A stretch of DNA of 64,000 nucleotides from a virus. Under the pieces are notes generated by a model, which saw nothing but the letters and a program-made list of their open reading frames with translations, had not been told where the DNA came from and ran no database searches. The stretch lies in IMG/VR virus record IMGVR_UViG_3300045157_000010; one strand, 5' to 3'. Position numbers and translations under genes: made by a program. The first letter of the stretch is position 1. The number at the start of each line of letters is the position of its first letter. Below, piece by piece: positions 33,193 through 42,773 of the stretch.

Positions 33193-34002
33193 TTATCCAG
33201 TCGGATCGGTCGGGGTTGCTGAACCCTCACCGCCAGTACCATTCTCAACGTCACGCGAAATATGCTGAACCGTCAAACGGTTCCACTTCGGGCCGACCCA
33301 ATATCCACGATCACCAGGGCCGATAATGTACACGTCCACAAAATATCCAGGCTCCGGGATAACCACCGACGACACCAACGTCATCGTGACGTTGTTGGTT
33401 GTCTTCATGTAGTATCCCTGCTCCGAGTAAACGGAATGCAGCCCGCCGTCAGGCTTCACAACCCGAAGGAACACCTGCATCTGACTGTCGCCTAGCACAC
33501 TCATCCAGGATGCGGTGACCATTGCCCGCAAATCCCACAAGCCCTTATCGTCCAGCCTGAGACGACCATCACCCATGTTTGTAACACCGCGAGACGGACC
33601 AATCTGATAGGTGAACGGGAACCTAGCATTACTCACGCGATGCTCGCCCGACCCCGGGTTAGACGACACGGAACAATAGTCGAGCAGGGGGGACAAGAGA
33701 TCCGTCCGGTCATTCAGGTCCAATTGACCATCACGGATCTGCGTCCCCGCCTGGTGAAAAATACCAACCCAAGAACCAACAGTGTTCGCAATTCCATTAA
33801 TGCCGTTCCAAATAGCGGTACCGATACCGCCAATGATGTTCGTAAAGAACGAACCATGCGCCGACTGCCACGGCAGAAGCGCCTGCCCCTTGATCTGATT
33901 ACGAACATCCGCCTCAGTCAGATTCTGAATCAGGGCAAGATCAGCACCAGACTGCTTCGCCCCATCCGGCACCGGATGAGAACCACCAGGAATAACCGCC
34001 AC
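33193..34002 (-). CDS. Minor tail protein
   Basis: Position; Gly-rich helical N part plus beta C domain. Confidence 0.7.
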   Translation of the reverse strand: MAVIPGGSHPVPDGAKQSGADLALIQNLTEADVRNQIKGQALLPWQSAHGSFFTNIIGGIGTAIWNGINGIANTVGSWVGIFHQAGTQIRDGQLDLNDRTDLLSPLLDYCSVSSNPGSGEHRVSNARFPFTYQIGPSRGVTNMGDGRLRLDDKGLWDLRAMVTASWMSVLGDSQMQVFLRVVKPDGGLHSVYSEQGYYMKTTNNVTMTLVSSVVIPEPGYFVDVYIIGPGDRGYWVGPKWNRLTVQHISRDVENGTGGEGSATPTDPTG

Positions 34003-34353
34003 TCACTCCACCCCCTCATTCAACTGCCTACGCAACTCCGCCTTCATCTCCGGCGACATCAACGACAACGCCTGAGCCACCGGCTCCTCCTCGCGGCGCG
34101 GCGGCTCATCCCGCCACTCCCCCGACAACTGTGCAGTGAACCCACCCTGCTCGTTTCCCGGCGGGTGGTACCACGACTTCTGCAACTCCGGGTGGAACCG
34201 CAAACCACGATCCCAGAGGTTCTGCGCCTGCTCCCGCATCAACGGCACCGGATACATCAACGGTGCACCCTGCTTCGTGTTTAGCAGGACCAAAGCCCAC
34301 AACAGTGACTCAACCGGATCATCAAGATCCATATCCTTCTGCAACGGAATCAC
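34003..34353 (-). CDS. Minor tail protein (DUF2744-like)
   Basis: LWDRGLRFHPELQ..WYHPP motif after Tal. Confidence 0.7.
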   Translation of the reverse strand: MIPLQKDMDLDDPVESLLWALVLLNTKQGAPLMYPVPLMREQAQNLWDRGLRFHPELQKSWYHPPGNEQGGFTAQLSGEWRDEPPRREEEPVAQALSLMSPEMKAELRRQLNEGVE

Positions 34354-36023
34354 GCCAACACCCCCTGATCCTTCAACGCGGAAGCCGTGTCCGCGATCTT
34401 TGAAATAGCCCAATCAATCGGGTCGCCATCGCCCTTCACCTGCGGGTCACCAATCGTGATCTCCCACTGATGCGGGGTATCCGCATCCCACGCCAACCGC
34501 AGATCCGACACCTGCTCAACCGTCACACGGCCACCAGAACCAGGGATCTCGGCACCCACACGGTCGCCGAGGAAGAAATGCCCCTGCCCCTGCTCGCCAA
34601 TCAGGTACGGCCCACCATCGCCCACGGTGAGCGTGTGCGTCACCTTCTCGCGGGTATCCAGCATCCCCTTACGCATCGCCATGATCGAAGACAAGGTGTA
34701 CGCCTTATCGCCGCCCTGAACCCACGATTCGTAGTAGTGTGACCAGCCCAACGACGAGGACCGCTGAAGCGACTTGTACGACATGAACGCAAGTAGTGTG
34801 TCCTCGAACAGTGGCTCCAGGATCGTCGCCAACGGATCACCAAGATTCGGGACCGCCAGATACGTTTCCACGAACGCTCCGGCCAACTGCAACGAAGCGG
34901 TGATCGCCTCATTCACACCAGGTGCCGACTGCCCGCCCGCAACGATCTGCGTCACTGTCGCAGGCTGCCACGTGTACGACGTGGACTCCGCAACGTTCGT
35001 GCCCTTCTCCGTGTCAGTGCGGAACACCACCCACGGATTCTCCGGCGCAACCCCGAGGAAACCACTAACGGCATACTCGTTCGACTCCGCCATAGCGCCC
35101 GACGCCTCACGAACCTCATCAACCAGATCATCCGCAACTGTCAGAACCGTGCGAGCCAAACCGCCAAGAATCGTGCCACCCACAGCCGTCTGACCGAACC
35201 AGCCGCCCTTATCCACCACATCAACAATCAGTTGTCCGTTTCGCGGCTGAGCGCCCAGCCAAGGCAAAGGATCTCCATGCAGCCAACGACGGCACTCGAC
35301 CATAAGACCAGCATCATCGAGCGTGCCCTTCGCCATGTCGTGCCACGTCTTGAAACGACTGTTGAGGATCGTCCACTCGGAATCATCGAGCAGCAGCGAA
35401 TCCGGCTTGACCATGATCGGCCACTGGTTCAGGCGTAGGCCCTGCGTCCACGAATCAAAGTCCAGCGGATCATCAGGCATCGCCCACCACGAACCCTGCA
35501 ACCTAGCAAGGTTCAGGAACAGGGCGAGCTTCAGCATGTAGCGGGACGGGCCGGCGAGCATGAACACGCGGGGGAACTGCACCGCAGCCGGGGTGAACGG
35601 GTTGGACCACACGAGGACGTGCTTCAGCTCTTCGTAGTCGTGCAGGAAGTTCAGGGTGACCTTGCGAACCCCGAGATCATCCTGCTCCATCGACAAGGTT
35701 TCCAGCCGCCCGGACCACCGGGCACCATCCTTATCCACCGCGACATGAACGTTCTTCGCCTTACCCACGCGCTGCTGAGCGAGCGCCCACTTCGCCAGGT
35801 AATGATCATCCGGCAGGACAATCGTGCCCGAGCCAGTATCATTCAGCTTCCACTCAAACGACGCCTCATACTCCCCCGCGACACGACCCTTCAGATTCCA
35901 ATCCCCGTCATACAAGCGGACCAACGGCGCTTCACGACGAAGCTTCTCCCGCTGAGAACGCCGATTCAAGGCCGCATCGTAGATCGTGTCCAGTTCCCGC
36001 AACTTCTCCACGGCAACCGCCAT
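34350..36023 (-). CDS. Baseplate hub / Tal-like minor tail protein
   Basis: LYDGDW, NDTGSG, GHFFLGDRVG; second gene after the tape measure. Confidence 0.85.
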   Translation of the reverse strand: MAVAVEKLRELDTIYDAALNRRSQREKLRREAPLVRLYDGDWNLKGRVAGEYEASFEWKLNDTGSGTIVLPDDHYLAKWALAQQRVGKAKNVHVAVDKDGARWSGRLETLSMEQDDLGVRKVTLNFLHDYEELKHVLVWSNPFTPAAVQFPRVFMLAGPSRYMLKLALFLNLARLQGSWWAMPDDPLDFDSWTQGLRLNQWPIMVKPDSLLLDDSEWTILNSRFKTWHDMAKGTLDDAGLMVECRRWLHGDPLPWLGAQPRNGQLIVDVVDKGGWFGQTAVGGTILGGLARTVLTVADDLVDEVREASGAMAESNEYAVSGFLGVAPENPWVVFRTDTEKGTNVAESTSYTWQPATVTQIVAGGQSAPGVNEAITASLQLAGAFVETYLAVPNLGDPLATILEPLFEDTLLAFMSYKSLQRSSSLGWSHYYESWVQGGDKAYTLSSIMAMRKGMLDTREKVTHTLTVGDGGPYLIGEQGQGHFFLGDRVGAEIPGSGGRVTVEQVSDLRLAWDADTPHQWEITIGDPQVKGDGDPIDWAISKIADTASALKDQGVLA

Positions 36024-36032
36024 GACAACCCC

Positions 36033-37160
36033 CTACTCCAAGCCCCACGGCCTAGTCCACTGACGCTCCAACCGAATCTGCGCCGTAGCGCCCGCCATAT
36101 TCGACACCGAACCCCACTGCTGAACAATCGCATTCGCAATGTTCTCCGCCGACAAAACAGGGAACAACCAATCCGTCAGACCCTCAATCCAATCCGGGGT
36201 GAGATCCCGAATCCACTGAGCCATAACCGCGCCCAACTGCTGCGGCGTGAGCATCAGAAACTCATCCAACCCCGTAGCCTCCGCAAACTCCTTCATCCTG
36301 GCAGCAAACCAACGCCGCCCCTCATCGGGAATCCACGTACCCAACAACGGCAACGGGTCCACCGCCACCGGAATATCAATCGGCTGAGTGCGCGGCGGGA
36401 TTGAGAAGTTGAAGAATTGCCCGCCCATCTGCGCCCACAACAACGCATTCTTCGTGTCCGTCACCATCTCGACCGTAGGGTCAGAATCAACCACCACATC
36501 GTGACCGAGCTTCTGAAACGGAAGAACAATAGTGCGGGAAAGATCCCCCCCCCCCTTCACGTCCGGGTCGGGAAGAATCCACTTCGCCGGGGACGTGAGA
36601 ACCCACTTCGGCCACACCGGAACATCGGTCGGATTCGACACCCGAACCGTGCCCTCGTACCAGTTCAGGCCATTAAACACGAACTCCGAATGCGCCGTCT
36701 CCGAACGCCACAACGGATCATCCGCAACCAGACTTACGGTGTACTCGGCACGGAAATCCAAGTGCGGATCATACTCACCCTCGAAACTGAACTGCTCCGA
36801 CAAGCGAACATCAATCCACCGCTCCCCCGACTCCTCAGTCACAACAGACAAGCGAGCCGGCTCCTCATAGTCCAGAGCCTTACGGAACCCCGAATCGGCC
36901 TCCGCAAACGACTCCAGCGAAGACCCCTGCACCAACACCGGCAGCAGAATGTTCCGCTCCAGCATCCTCGACCCCAGGAACTTCGTGCCAGGCTTACCCA
37001 CCACAGACTTCCGGGACGTGTTCACCGGCACATCAAACAAATCCCCCAACGAGGACTCGCGGACCTGCACCGGCGCACCCCACGCATCAGCACCCGCAAG
37101 GTGCCACACCGAACCATCCACCCCCGTCAGCGTGACCGCAGCCAGATTCAGCTCAGACAT
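36033..37160 (-). CDS. Distal tail protein
   Basis: LTGVDGSVWHL, SGERW, NPTDVPVWPKW; follows the tape measure. Confidence 0.85.
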   Translation of the reverse strand: MSELNLAAVTLTGVDGSVWHLAGADAWGAPVQVRESSLGDLFDVPVNTSRKSVVGKPGTKFLGSRMLERNILLPVLVQGSSLESFAEADSGFRKALDYEEPARLSVVTEESGERWIDVRLSEQFSFEGEYDPHLDFRAEYTVSLVADDPLWRSETAHSEFVFNGLNWYEGTVRVSNPTDVPVWPKWVLTSPAKWILPDPDVKGGGDLSRTIVLPFQKLGHDVVVDSDPTVEMVTDTKNALLWAQMGGQFFNFSIPPRTQPIDIPVAVDPLPLLGTWIPDEGRRWFAARMKEFAEATGLDEFLMLTPQQLGAVMAQWIRDLTPDWIEGLTDWLFPVLSAENIANAIVQQWGSVSNMAGATAQIRLERQWTRPWGLE

Positions 37161-37169
37161 GACAACCCC

Positions 37170-40100
37170 CTAGCGGGCACCGATGGCACCCCTCACTCGA
37201 CCCGCAGCAGCGCGCCGATACATCGTGGACAATTCATCCGTGTTCACAGCCTGGAACACGTAGGTGTCACCCTGACCGCCACCATTCACGGCGGGGGCAG
37301 TAGCGACCTGGGCAGTGGGACGGACAAACGCCTGCGGGTTGCTGTTGATCGCGGCGATAGTGTCACGCCCCAACACGTCCGCAGCCTCAGCGGTCAGAAC
37401 CGCCTCATCCTGCGCCAGCAGGGACAACACATCATCCACGCCACGAGCGGACCCGCCAACAACGCGAGACGTGCCCGTCGAGAACGACGGCAGCTTGCCC
37501 TTGAACTTCGCCAGGGCCTTCTCCGCCGCGCCCATCTTCGTGGCGTACTTCGACGGGAACGCCGACACCTGAACCCCCTGCGCCACAGCGCCAGGCTCCA
37601 TCGTCCGCCACCCCGGGAACTTCTTCACCATCGCGTTCAGGAACATGCCCGCAGAAGCGCGAGCATTCATCCGCTGATCGACAGTGCCCCACGCCCCATT
37701 GTTGCGCTGCTGAAACAGGCCCGACGAATCATGATCCGACCCGATGGAATCGTACGGGTACCGCTGCGACGCAGTATCCACCGACGAAGCCCACATGCGC
37801 AGCGGATCACCAGACTCCACCAGTGCGGTAGCACCAGCAATCTTCGCCGCAGCGAAGCCCAAGCGACGCTCAGAAGCGGCCTTAGCGATCTCCTCCCAGA
37901 AGAACGCCGCCCCCTTCTTGTACTCGCCCTTCTTCAGGGAACCGACCTTCACCTCCGGCACGTTCTCCACCGTCGAAGCAGGCTTCGCGGCAGTGGTCGC
38001 CACCGTCGAGTCAGACGCGGCATCCGCGATCTGAGCGTTGACAGCATCCGCGCCCTCACCCTTCTCATCCACCGCGTAATACTGATTCGCGGCCTGGAAG
38101 ATCGGAGGCAGAGTATCGGAGATCCCGAACACGCCGAGCGCGTCCTGAACCATCCCCTCGGTCCAGTTCTTAGCGAAATCGCCGGCGATACCAGACCAAG
38201 TAGTAGGGGTGGTTTCCGTCGCGGCAGCGGCAACCGCAGTGTTCGAGGAATCAACCTCAACCACATTCGCGTCGCCACCAGACGTAGTGCCCGAAACAGT
38301 GGTGGCACGGTTCGGGTTGGTGTTCCTCAGTGCGGGGCCATCGGCCTTGCCCCTGATCCACGCCCAGTTCGTACCGTTCGCCAGCAGGTGACCAGCAGCT
38401 CCGCCGCCGATCTGCCCATTGCCGCGATTGCCACCCATCTCGACCTTCGTACCGTCCGGCAGGGTGCCGGCAGTGTGCCCGCCGCCAGGCCCGCCGTTGT
38501 ACCAGCCAATCCGGAGCGTCCCAGACGGCCCCTTACCCATCGTGAAGCCATACGAGCGCAGAACAGATCCCTCATCGCCCGTAAAGAACTTCCGGGGGAA
38601 CGGGGCACGACCAGTCATGAACGCAGCGAACGCGGACATAGCGCCAGAACAATCGCCCCAGTTCGACCCGCCGAACACATACGGCGCACCCTCCAAAGAA
38701 CGCGAAGCCTTCTGCCCAGCGACAGACTGCCCCTTAGCGAACGCCAACATCTCCTTCGGGGTGCGGATACCACCATTAGCGAACGCCTCAATCGGCTTGC
38801 CGGCAGCCCCGCCGGGGATAGCGGAAGACACCGTATCGCCCTTATGGTCCACCACAGACAGGCCCATGATCTGAGCCGTCTTCGCCAAGATCGCCTTCGA
38901 CCTTGCACGCTTCGACAGCGCCAGCGGAATGTACGCCTCGCCACCAGTTTCCGGCTCAGCCCACACCCGGAACGGTCCCTGCGGCCTGGCGATCTGTGCA
39001 ACATGCTTCTCGCCGCGAGTACCGCCATTAGCGTAAGCCTCAACCCCGCCATTAGCGTAAGCGATAGAACCATCAGCAGAGAACCATCCGACGACCGAGG
39101 ATACTGCGCCCTTAATGCTGTCTGGCACCAGCGACATGATCGCGTCGTAGATGGCGTTCGGGGCCGACATGATCCCGTCGATAGCGCCCTGGACGATGGC
39201 CTTACCAGTGTTCCAAAGCCATGTGCCAGCGTCCGACAGTGCGCTGACAATGTTGTCTTTCATGCCGACGACCTTGCCGACCATCTCGTCAATCTTCGCC
39301 TTAGCGCTGGACACCATCTCACCCAGCTTGCCGATGATCGCACCGACCGCATTAGCAATAGCATCCCTGGTGGCATTCCAAGCATTCGTGATCGAATCCT
39401 TGATACCGTTCCACACATTGACCGCAAGATCACGAATCACATTCCACGAGCCAGAAAGGAAACTACTGATACCATTCCACGCGCCAGTGAAGATACCGGT
39501 CAGTGCAGACCACCACGAAGAGAAGAACGCCGAAATCCCGTTCCACACCGCCTGGACCAGGCCAGTGAACGTCTGCCACGCCGTCGTGAAGAACCCCGAG
39601 ATGATATCCCACGCCGTCGTGAAGATCAGCTTGATACCCTCCCACAAGGTAGTGAAGTACAGCTTGATCCCATCCCACACCAGGGTGATCGTCCCAGTGA
39701 TCAAAGCCCAGTAGGACTCCAGGTACCACTTGATCCCATCAACCGCGAGCGTGAAGACTTCTTTGATCCCGTCCCACAGTCCGGTGAAGAAGTCCTTGAT
39801 CCCGTTCCAAATCTTCTCGGCTGTGCCCTTGATTGCGTCCCAATTGTCAGACAGGTATTCGGTGAGCGCATCCCAAATCTCCTTGGTCTTGTCCTTGATC
39901 GCCTGCCACGCAGCGGGGATAGCCTCCTTGACCCAATCCCATCCGGCGACAAAGACGTTCTTGATCCAGTCCCACGCGCCCTTCAGGACATCAACAAAGC
40001 CCTCCCAGATCTTCTGGCCCAGCTCCGTCTTCTTGAAGAACCAGATCAGACCCGCAACAACGGCGGCAATAGCCAGGCCGATCAACACAAACGGGTTGAT

Positions 40101-41906
40101 CGCCATGACAGCGTTGAACACTGCCATAGCGCCCGAGGCGACAGCGACCGCTCCGGCAAAGACACCGATACTCACCGCAATAGGCGTCAACCAATCCTTG
40201 TTCTCCGAAGCCCACTTAGCGATAGGCTCCAGCGCGTCCCACAGCTTCATGAACGCATCACCAGCGAGCGACTGAACCGTACCCTTCAGGCTGTTCATCC
40301 GGCCTTCCAGACTGTTCTTCATCTGGTCGGCCATCTCCTGCGACGACCCCTGAAAATCAGCCATGCCCCCAGCGCCCTCAGAAAGGGACTCCAGGAAATC
40401 CGGGATCTGGTCAACCGACAGATCCTCCAGAGGAGTGCCGAACAAGGCGATAGCAGCGTTCGCCCGCTCCGCAGGATCCTCCATCTGCAACAGGCCTTCA
40501 GCAGTCTGCTTCAAAGCATCCCGCGCACCCTCGCCGCCCTGCGCAATCTTGTTCGCCATCTCCTCGGCGTTCAGCCCCACAGACTCGAACGCCGTCTTCG
40601 AGGACTCGGACATGTCAGAGCCACGGATCGTGAACTCCTTCAGGGAGTCGCCGGTCTTATCCAGTGCCCACTTGCCCTTCTCCGAGGCAGCAACGAGAAG
40701 CCCGAAAGCCTCCTCACCGTCAAAACCAAGAGCACGGAAGTTCGTTCCGTACTCGTTGATGATCTCCGGCATCTCATCCCGCATCGCAGCCGGAACACGC
40801 TGCATCGCAGCGGTCATCAGATCCGCCGCTTCCTCAACATCTCCGGCCAACCCGTTCTGGATTAGCTGGCCGGCAGTCTGTGTCGCTTCCTCAATCGACA
40901 CACCAAACGTCTCCGAGAACGCGATGAAGTTGTCCGCCAACTGCGCGGCAGTCTGCTCACCCTCAGAACCGAGATACTTGAACTGACCATTCAGAGCACC
41001 GATAGCACCCGCAGCCTCATCGACGCCACCAGCGATACCGGTCTTCATCACGTCACGGACCTCAGCAGACGCGGCCTTAGCAGCATCCCCCGTCAACCCG
41101 AGCTGACGGTTCATCTTGTCCGTCGCCTGCGTAATGTCCATGCCCGTAGCAAAAGCGGCACCAATACCGCCGATACCAGCCGCACCAGTCAGAAGCCCGA
41201 GCTTCCCCTTGATCGACTCGAAGCCCTTACCGACACCCTCAGAAGAACCGACCAGTTCCTCCAGCTTGCCCTTCAGCCCCTTCGCCCCGGACTCGGCATC
41301 CTCCATGCCGTCGCCCATCCGCTTCGTCGCGGCCTTCACGTTATCGGCGGCGTCCTCCGCCTTACGGTGAGCGGTGACCAGATTATCCTCAGCGGACTTC
41401 AACTGCTCGGCGGCCTTCTCCGACCGCTGACGGGCCGACATAACAGCCGCTTCCTTCGACGCGACCGTGGACCCCGCAGACGACCGAGCCTGATCCAGCT
41501 TGTCCTCAGCGGCCTTCAACTGCTCCGCCGTAGCCTTGCCCGACTCCCGAAGATCCTTCAGATTCTTCTCGGCCTGCTCGACCTGCGAACCACCCTTAGA
41601 CCGGGCAGTCTCCAGGGCAAGCTCCGCAGCCTCAACCTTCTTGACCGCGATCTCAGTCTTGCCCTTAGCGTCCTGCACCTTCTGCTCGGCGGTCGCAACG
41701 TTCTGCGTCGCCTTCTCAGCACGCTTCTGCGCAATCTCCACGGCCTTAGCGCCGTTCTCCGCGCCCTCCTTCATGGAGGACTCCAGGATCTTCGCCGCCT
41801 TCTTGCCTGAAGACGTGAGCGGGCCAGACAACCCCTTAGACAGGGCCGACTGAACCCCCTTCAGCGACACCGTAACCGGCAACACCGACCAGCCAGTAGC
41901 AGACAT
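37170..41906 (-). CDS. Tape measure protein with C-terminal cell-wall hydrolase domains
   Basis: 1578 aa; Trp-periodic repeats; EPETGGEAYIP; GDCSG..GHT; ALVESG..SSGLFQQR. Confidence 0.95.
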   Translation of the reverse strand: MSATGWSVLPVTVSLKGVQSALSKGLSGPLTSSGKKAAKILESSMKEGAENGAKAVEIAQKRAEKATQNVATAEQKVQDAKGKTEIAVKKVEAAELALETARSKGGSQVEQAEKNLKDLRESGKATAEQLKAAEDKLDQARSSAGSTVASKEAAVMSARQRSEKAAEQLKSAEDNLVTAHRKAEDAADNVKAATKRMGDGMEDAESGAKGLKGKLEELVGSSEGVGKGFESIKGKLGLLTGAAGIGGIGAAFATGMDITQATDKMNRQLGLTGDAAKAASAEVRDVMKTGIAGGVDEAAGAIGALNGQFKYLGSEGEQTAAQLADNFIAFSETFGVSIEEATQTAGQLIQNGLAGDVEEAADLMTAAMQRVPAAMRDEMPEIINEYGTNFRALGFDGEEAFGLLVAASEKGKWALDKTGDSLKEFTIRGSDMSESSKTAFESVGLNAEEMANKIAQGGEGARDALKQTAEGLLQMEDPAERANAAIALFGTPLEDLSVDQIPDFLESLSEGAGGMADFQGSSQEMADQMKNSLEGRMNSLKGTVQSLAGDAFMKLWDALEPIAKWASENKDWLTPIAVSIGVFAGAVAVASGAMAVFNAVMAINPFVLIGLAIAAVVAGLIWFFKKTELGQKIWEGFVDVLKGAWDWIKNVFVAGWDWVKEAIPAAWQAIKDKTKEIWDALTEYLSDNWDAIKGTAEKIWNGIKDFFTGLWDGIKEVFTLAVDGIKWYLESYWALITGTITLVWDGIKLYFTTLWEGIKLIFTTAWDIISGFFTTAWQTFTGLVQAVWNGISAFFSSWWSALTGIFTGAWNGISSFLSGSWNVIRDLAVNVWNGIKDSITNAWNATRDAIANAVGAIIGKLGEMVSSAKAKIDEMVGKVVGMKDNIVSALSDAGTWLWNTGKAIVQGAIDGIMSAPNAIYDAIMSLVPDSIKGAVSSVVGWFSADGSIAYANGGVEAYANGGTRGEKHVAQIARPQGPFRVWAEPETGGEAYIPLALSKRARSKAILAKTAQIMGLSVVDHKGDTVSSAIPGGAAGKPIEAFANGGIRTPKEMLAFAKGQSVAGQKASRSLEGAPYVFGGSNWGDCSGAMSAFAAFMTGRAPFPRKFFTGDEGSVLRSYGFTMGKGPSGTLRIGWYNGGPGGGHTAGTLPDGTKVEMGGNRGNGQIGGGAAGHLLANGTNWAWIRGKADGPALRNTNPNRATTVSGTTSGGDANVVEVDSSNTAVAAAATETTPTTWSGIAGDFAKNWTEGMVQDALGVFGISDTLPPIFQAANQYYAVDEKGEGADAVNAQIADAASDSTVATTAAKPASTVENVPEVKVGSLKKGEYKKGAAFFWEEIAKAASERRLGFAAAKIAGATALVESGDPLRMWASSVDTASQRYPYDSIGSDHDSSGLFQQRNNGAWGTVDQRMNARASAGMFLNAMVKKFPGWRTMEPGAVAQGVQVSAFPSKYATKMGAAEKALAKFKGKLPSFSTGTSRVVGGSARGVDDVLSLLAQDEAVLTAEAADVLGRDTIAAINSNPQAFVRPTAQVATAPAVNGGGQGDTYVFQAVNTDELSTMYRRAAAGRVRGAIGAR

Positions 41907-41916
41907 GACAACCCCT

Positions 41917-42321
41917 CTAATTCATAGACATCTGCCGCTGACGCTCCAGCGCCGCCGCATTCCTCGCACGAGCCGCAGCCCTCTGCCGCTCCTTCGCCAC
42001 CTCACGCTCCGCACGCTCAACAGCCTTCGCACGCGCCCCCATAAGCTCACGCACCGGATGTTCCTTACCCGCCTGCGCCTCCCACAGCTCAACCACACGC
42101 GCCTCCACACCCGTCATCGTGGGCATGTCCGCCTGCTGCGACCGCACAAGCGACTCGATAGGAAGCCCCGCCGTGAGCGCATACACGCGCCGCCACGACA
42201 CTTCCCCCCGGTACAGGCCCGTCAGGTCCACACCGTAAAACCGCTGAAGATCCGCCTCCAGCTCGCGCGGCCACCGGGCGAACAGCACCATGAATGCTGG
42301 TAGGCCCGGTAGCCACATCAT
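41917..42321 (-). CDS. Tail assembly chaperone, -1 frameshift extension
   Basis: LEADLQRFYGVDL; in the -1 frame after GGGGGAA. Confidence 0.8.
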   Translation of the reverse strand: MMWLPGLPAFMVLFARWPRELEADLQRFYGVDLTGLYRGEVSWRRVYALTAGLPIESLVRSQQADMPTMTGVEARVVELWEAQAGKEHPVRELMGARAKAVERAEREVAKERQRAAARARNAAALERQRQMSMN

Positions 42322-42650
42322 TCCCCCATGCCGATTTCCTCAGACCACAGCTCCAGGAACGTGTTGAGGTCGTTGAACGATGCGCCGTGAGCGTCGAGCT
42401 TCGCGCAACCCTCGTCACCGAGGATGAGGGGGATCGCCTTAGCGATGGACTGATTCGTCCCCTCCTGCATGAGCAGGGGAACACGCCAGTTCGCGGCCTC
42501 AACGTTCGGCGGCGCGAGAACGGTCACCTCATCACCACGGATGGTGAGGGTGATCTCGACAAGATCGGCGTTAGCCTTGGCCTCGTTTTCGAGCGCCTTG
42601 CCGGCCTTCTTCGCAACCTCGACGGTGCTGGTCTTTCGGGTGGTAGCCAT
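42318..42650 (-). CDS. Tail assembly chaperone
   Basis: AAGGA RBS; ends ATG GGG GAA TGA. Confidence 0.8.
   Translation of the reverse strand: MATTRKTSTVEVAKKAGKALENEAKANADLVEITLTIRGDEVTVLAPPNVEAANWRVPLLMQEGTNQSIAKAIPLILGDEGCAKLDAHGASFNDLNTFLELWSEEIGMGE
42321..42327 (-). other. Programmed -1 frameshift site GGGGGAA
   Basis: Slippery heptamer at the end of the chaperone gene; -1 frame open to 41917. Confidence 0.85.
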
Positions 42651-42773
42651 TGTGTGTCCTTTCGGCATGTGTGTGTCGGATGAAAGTTTTGTGGTGGGTG
42701 CGCTCCGACACACGGAGAGCGCACCGCACCGGGTGACTACTTGTAACGCCCCGTCACCCACGGGGCCAGCGTG

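Noticed and set aside
36417-40865. 1482-aa plus-strand ORF, and similar long antisense ORFs (833-2404, 15333-16250, 47642-48868, 49668-50993)
   Set aside because: Shadows of GC-rich minus-strand genes; Arg/His/Gln-rich low-complexity translations with no motifs or RBS
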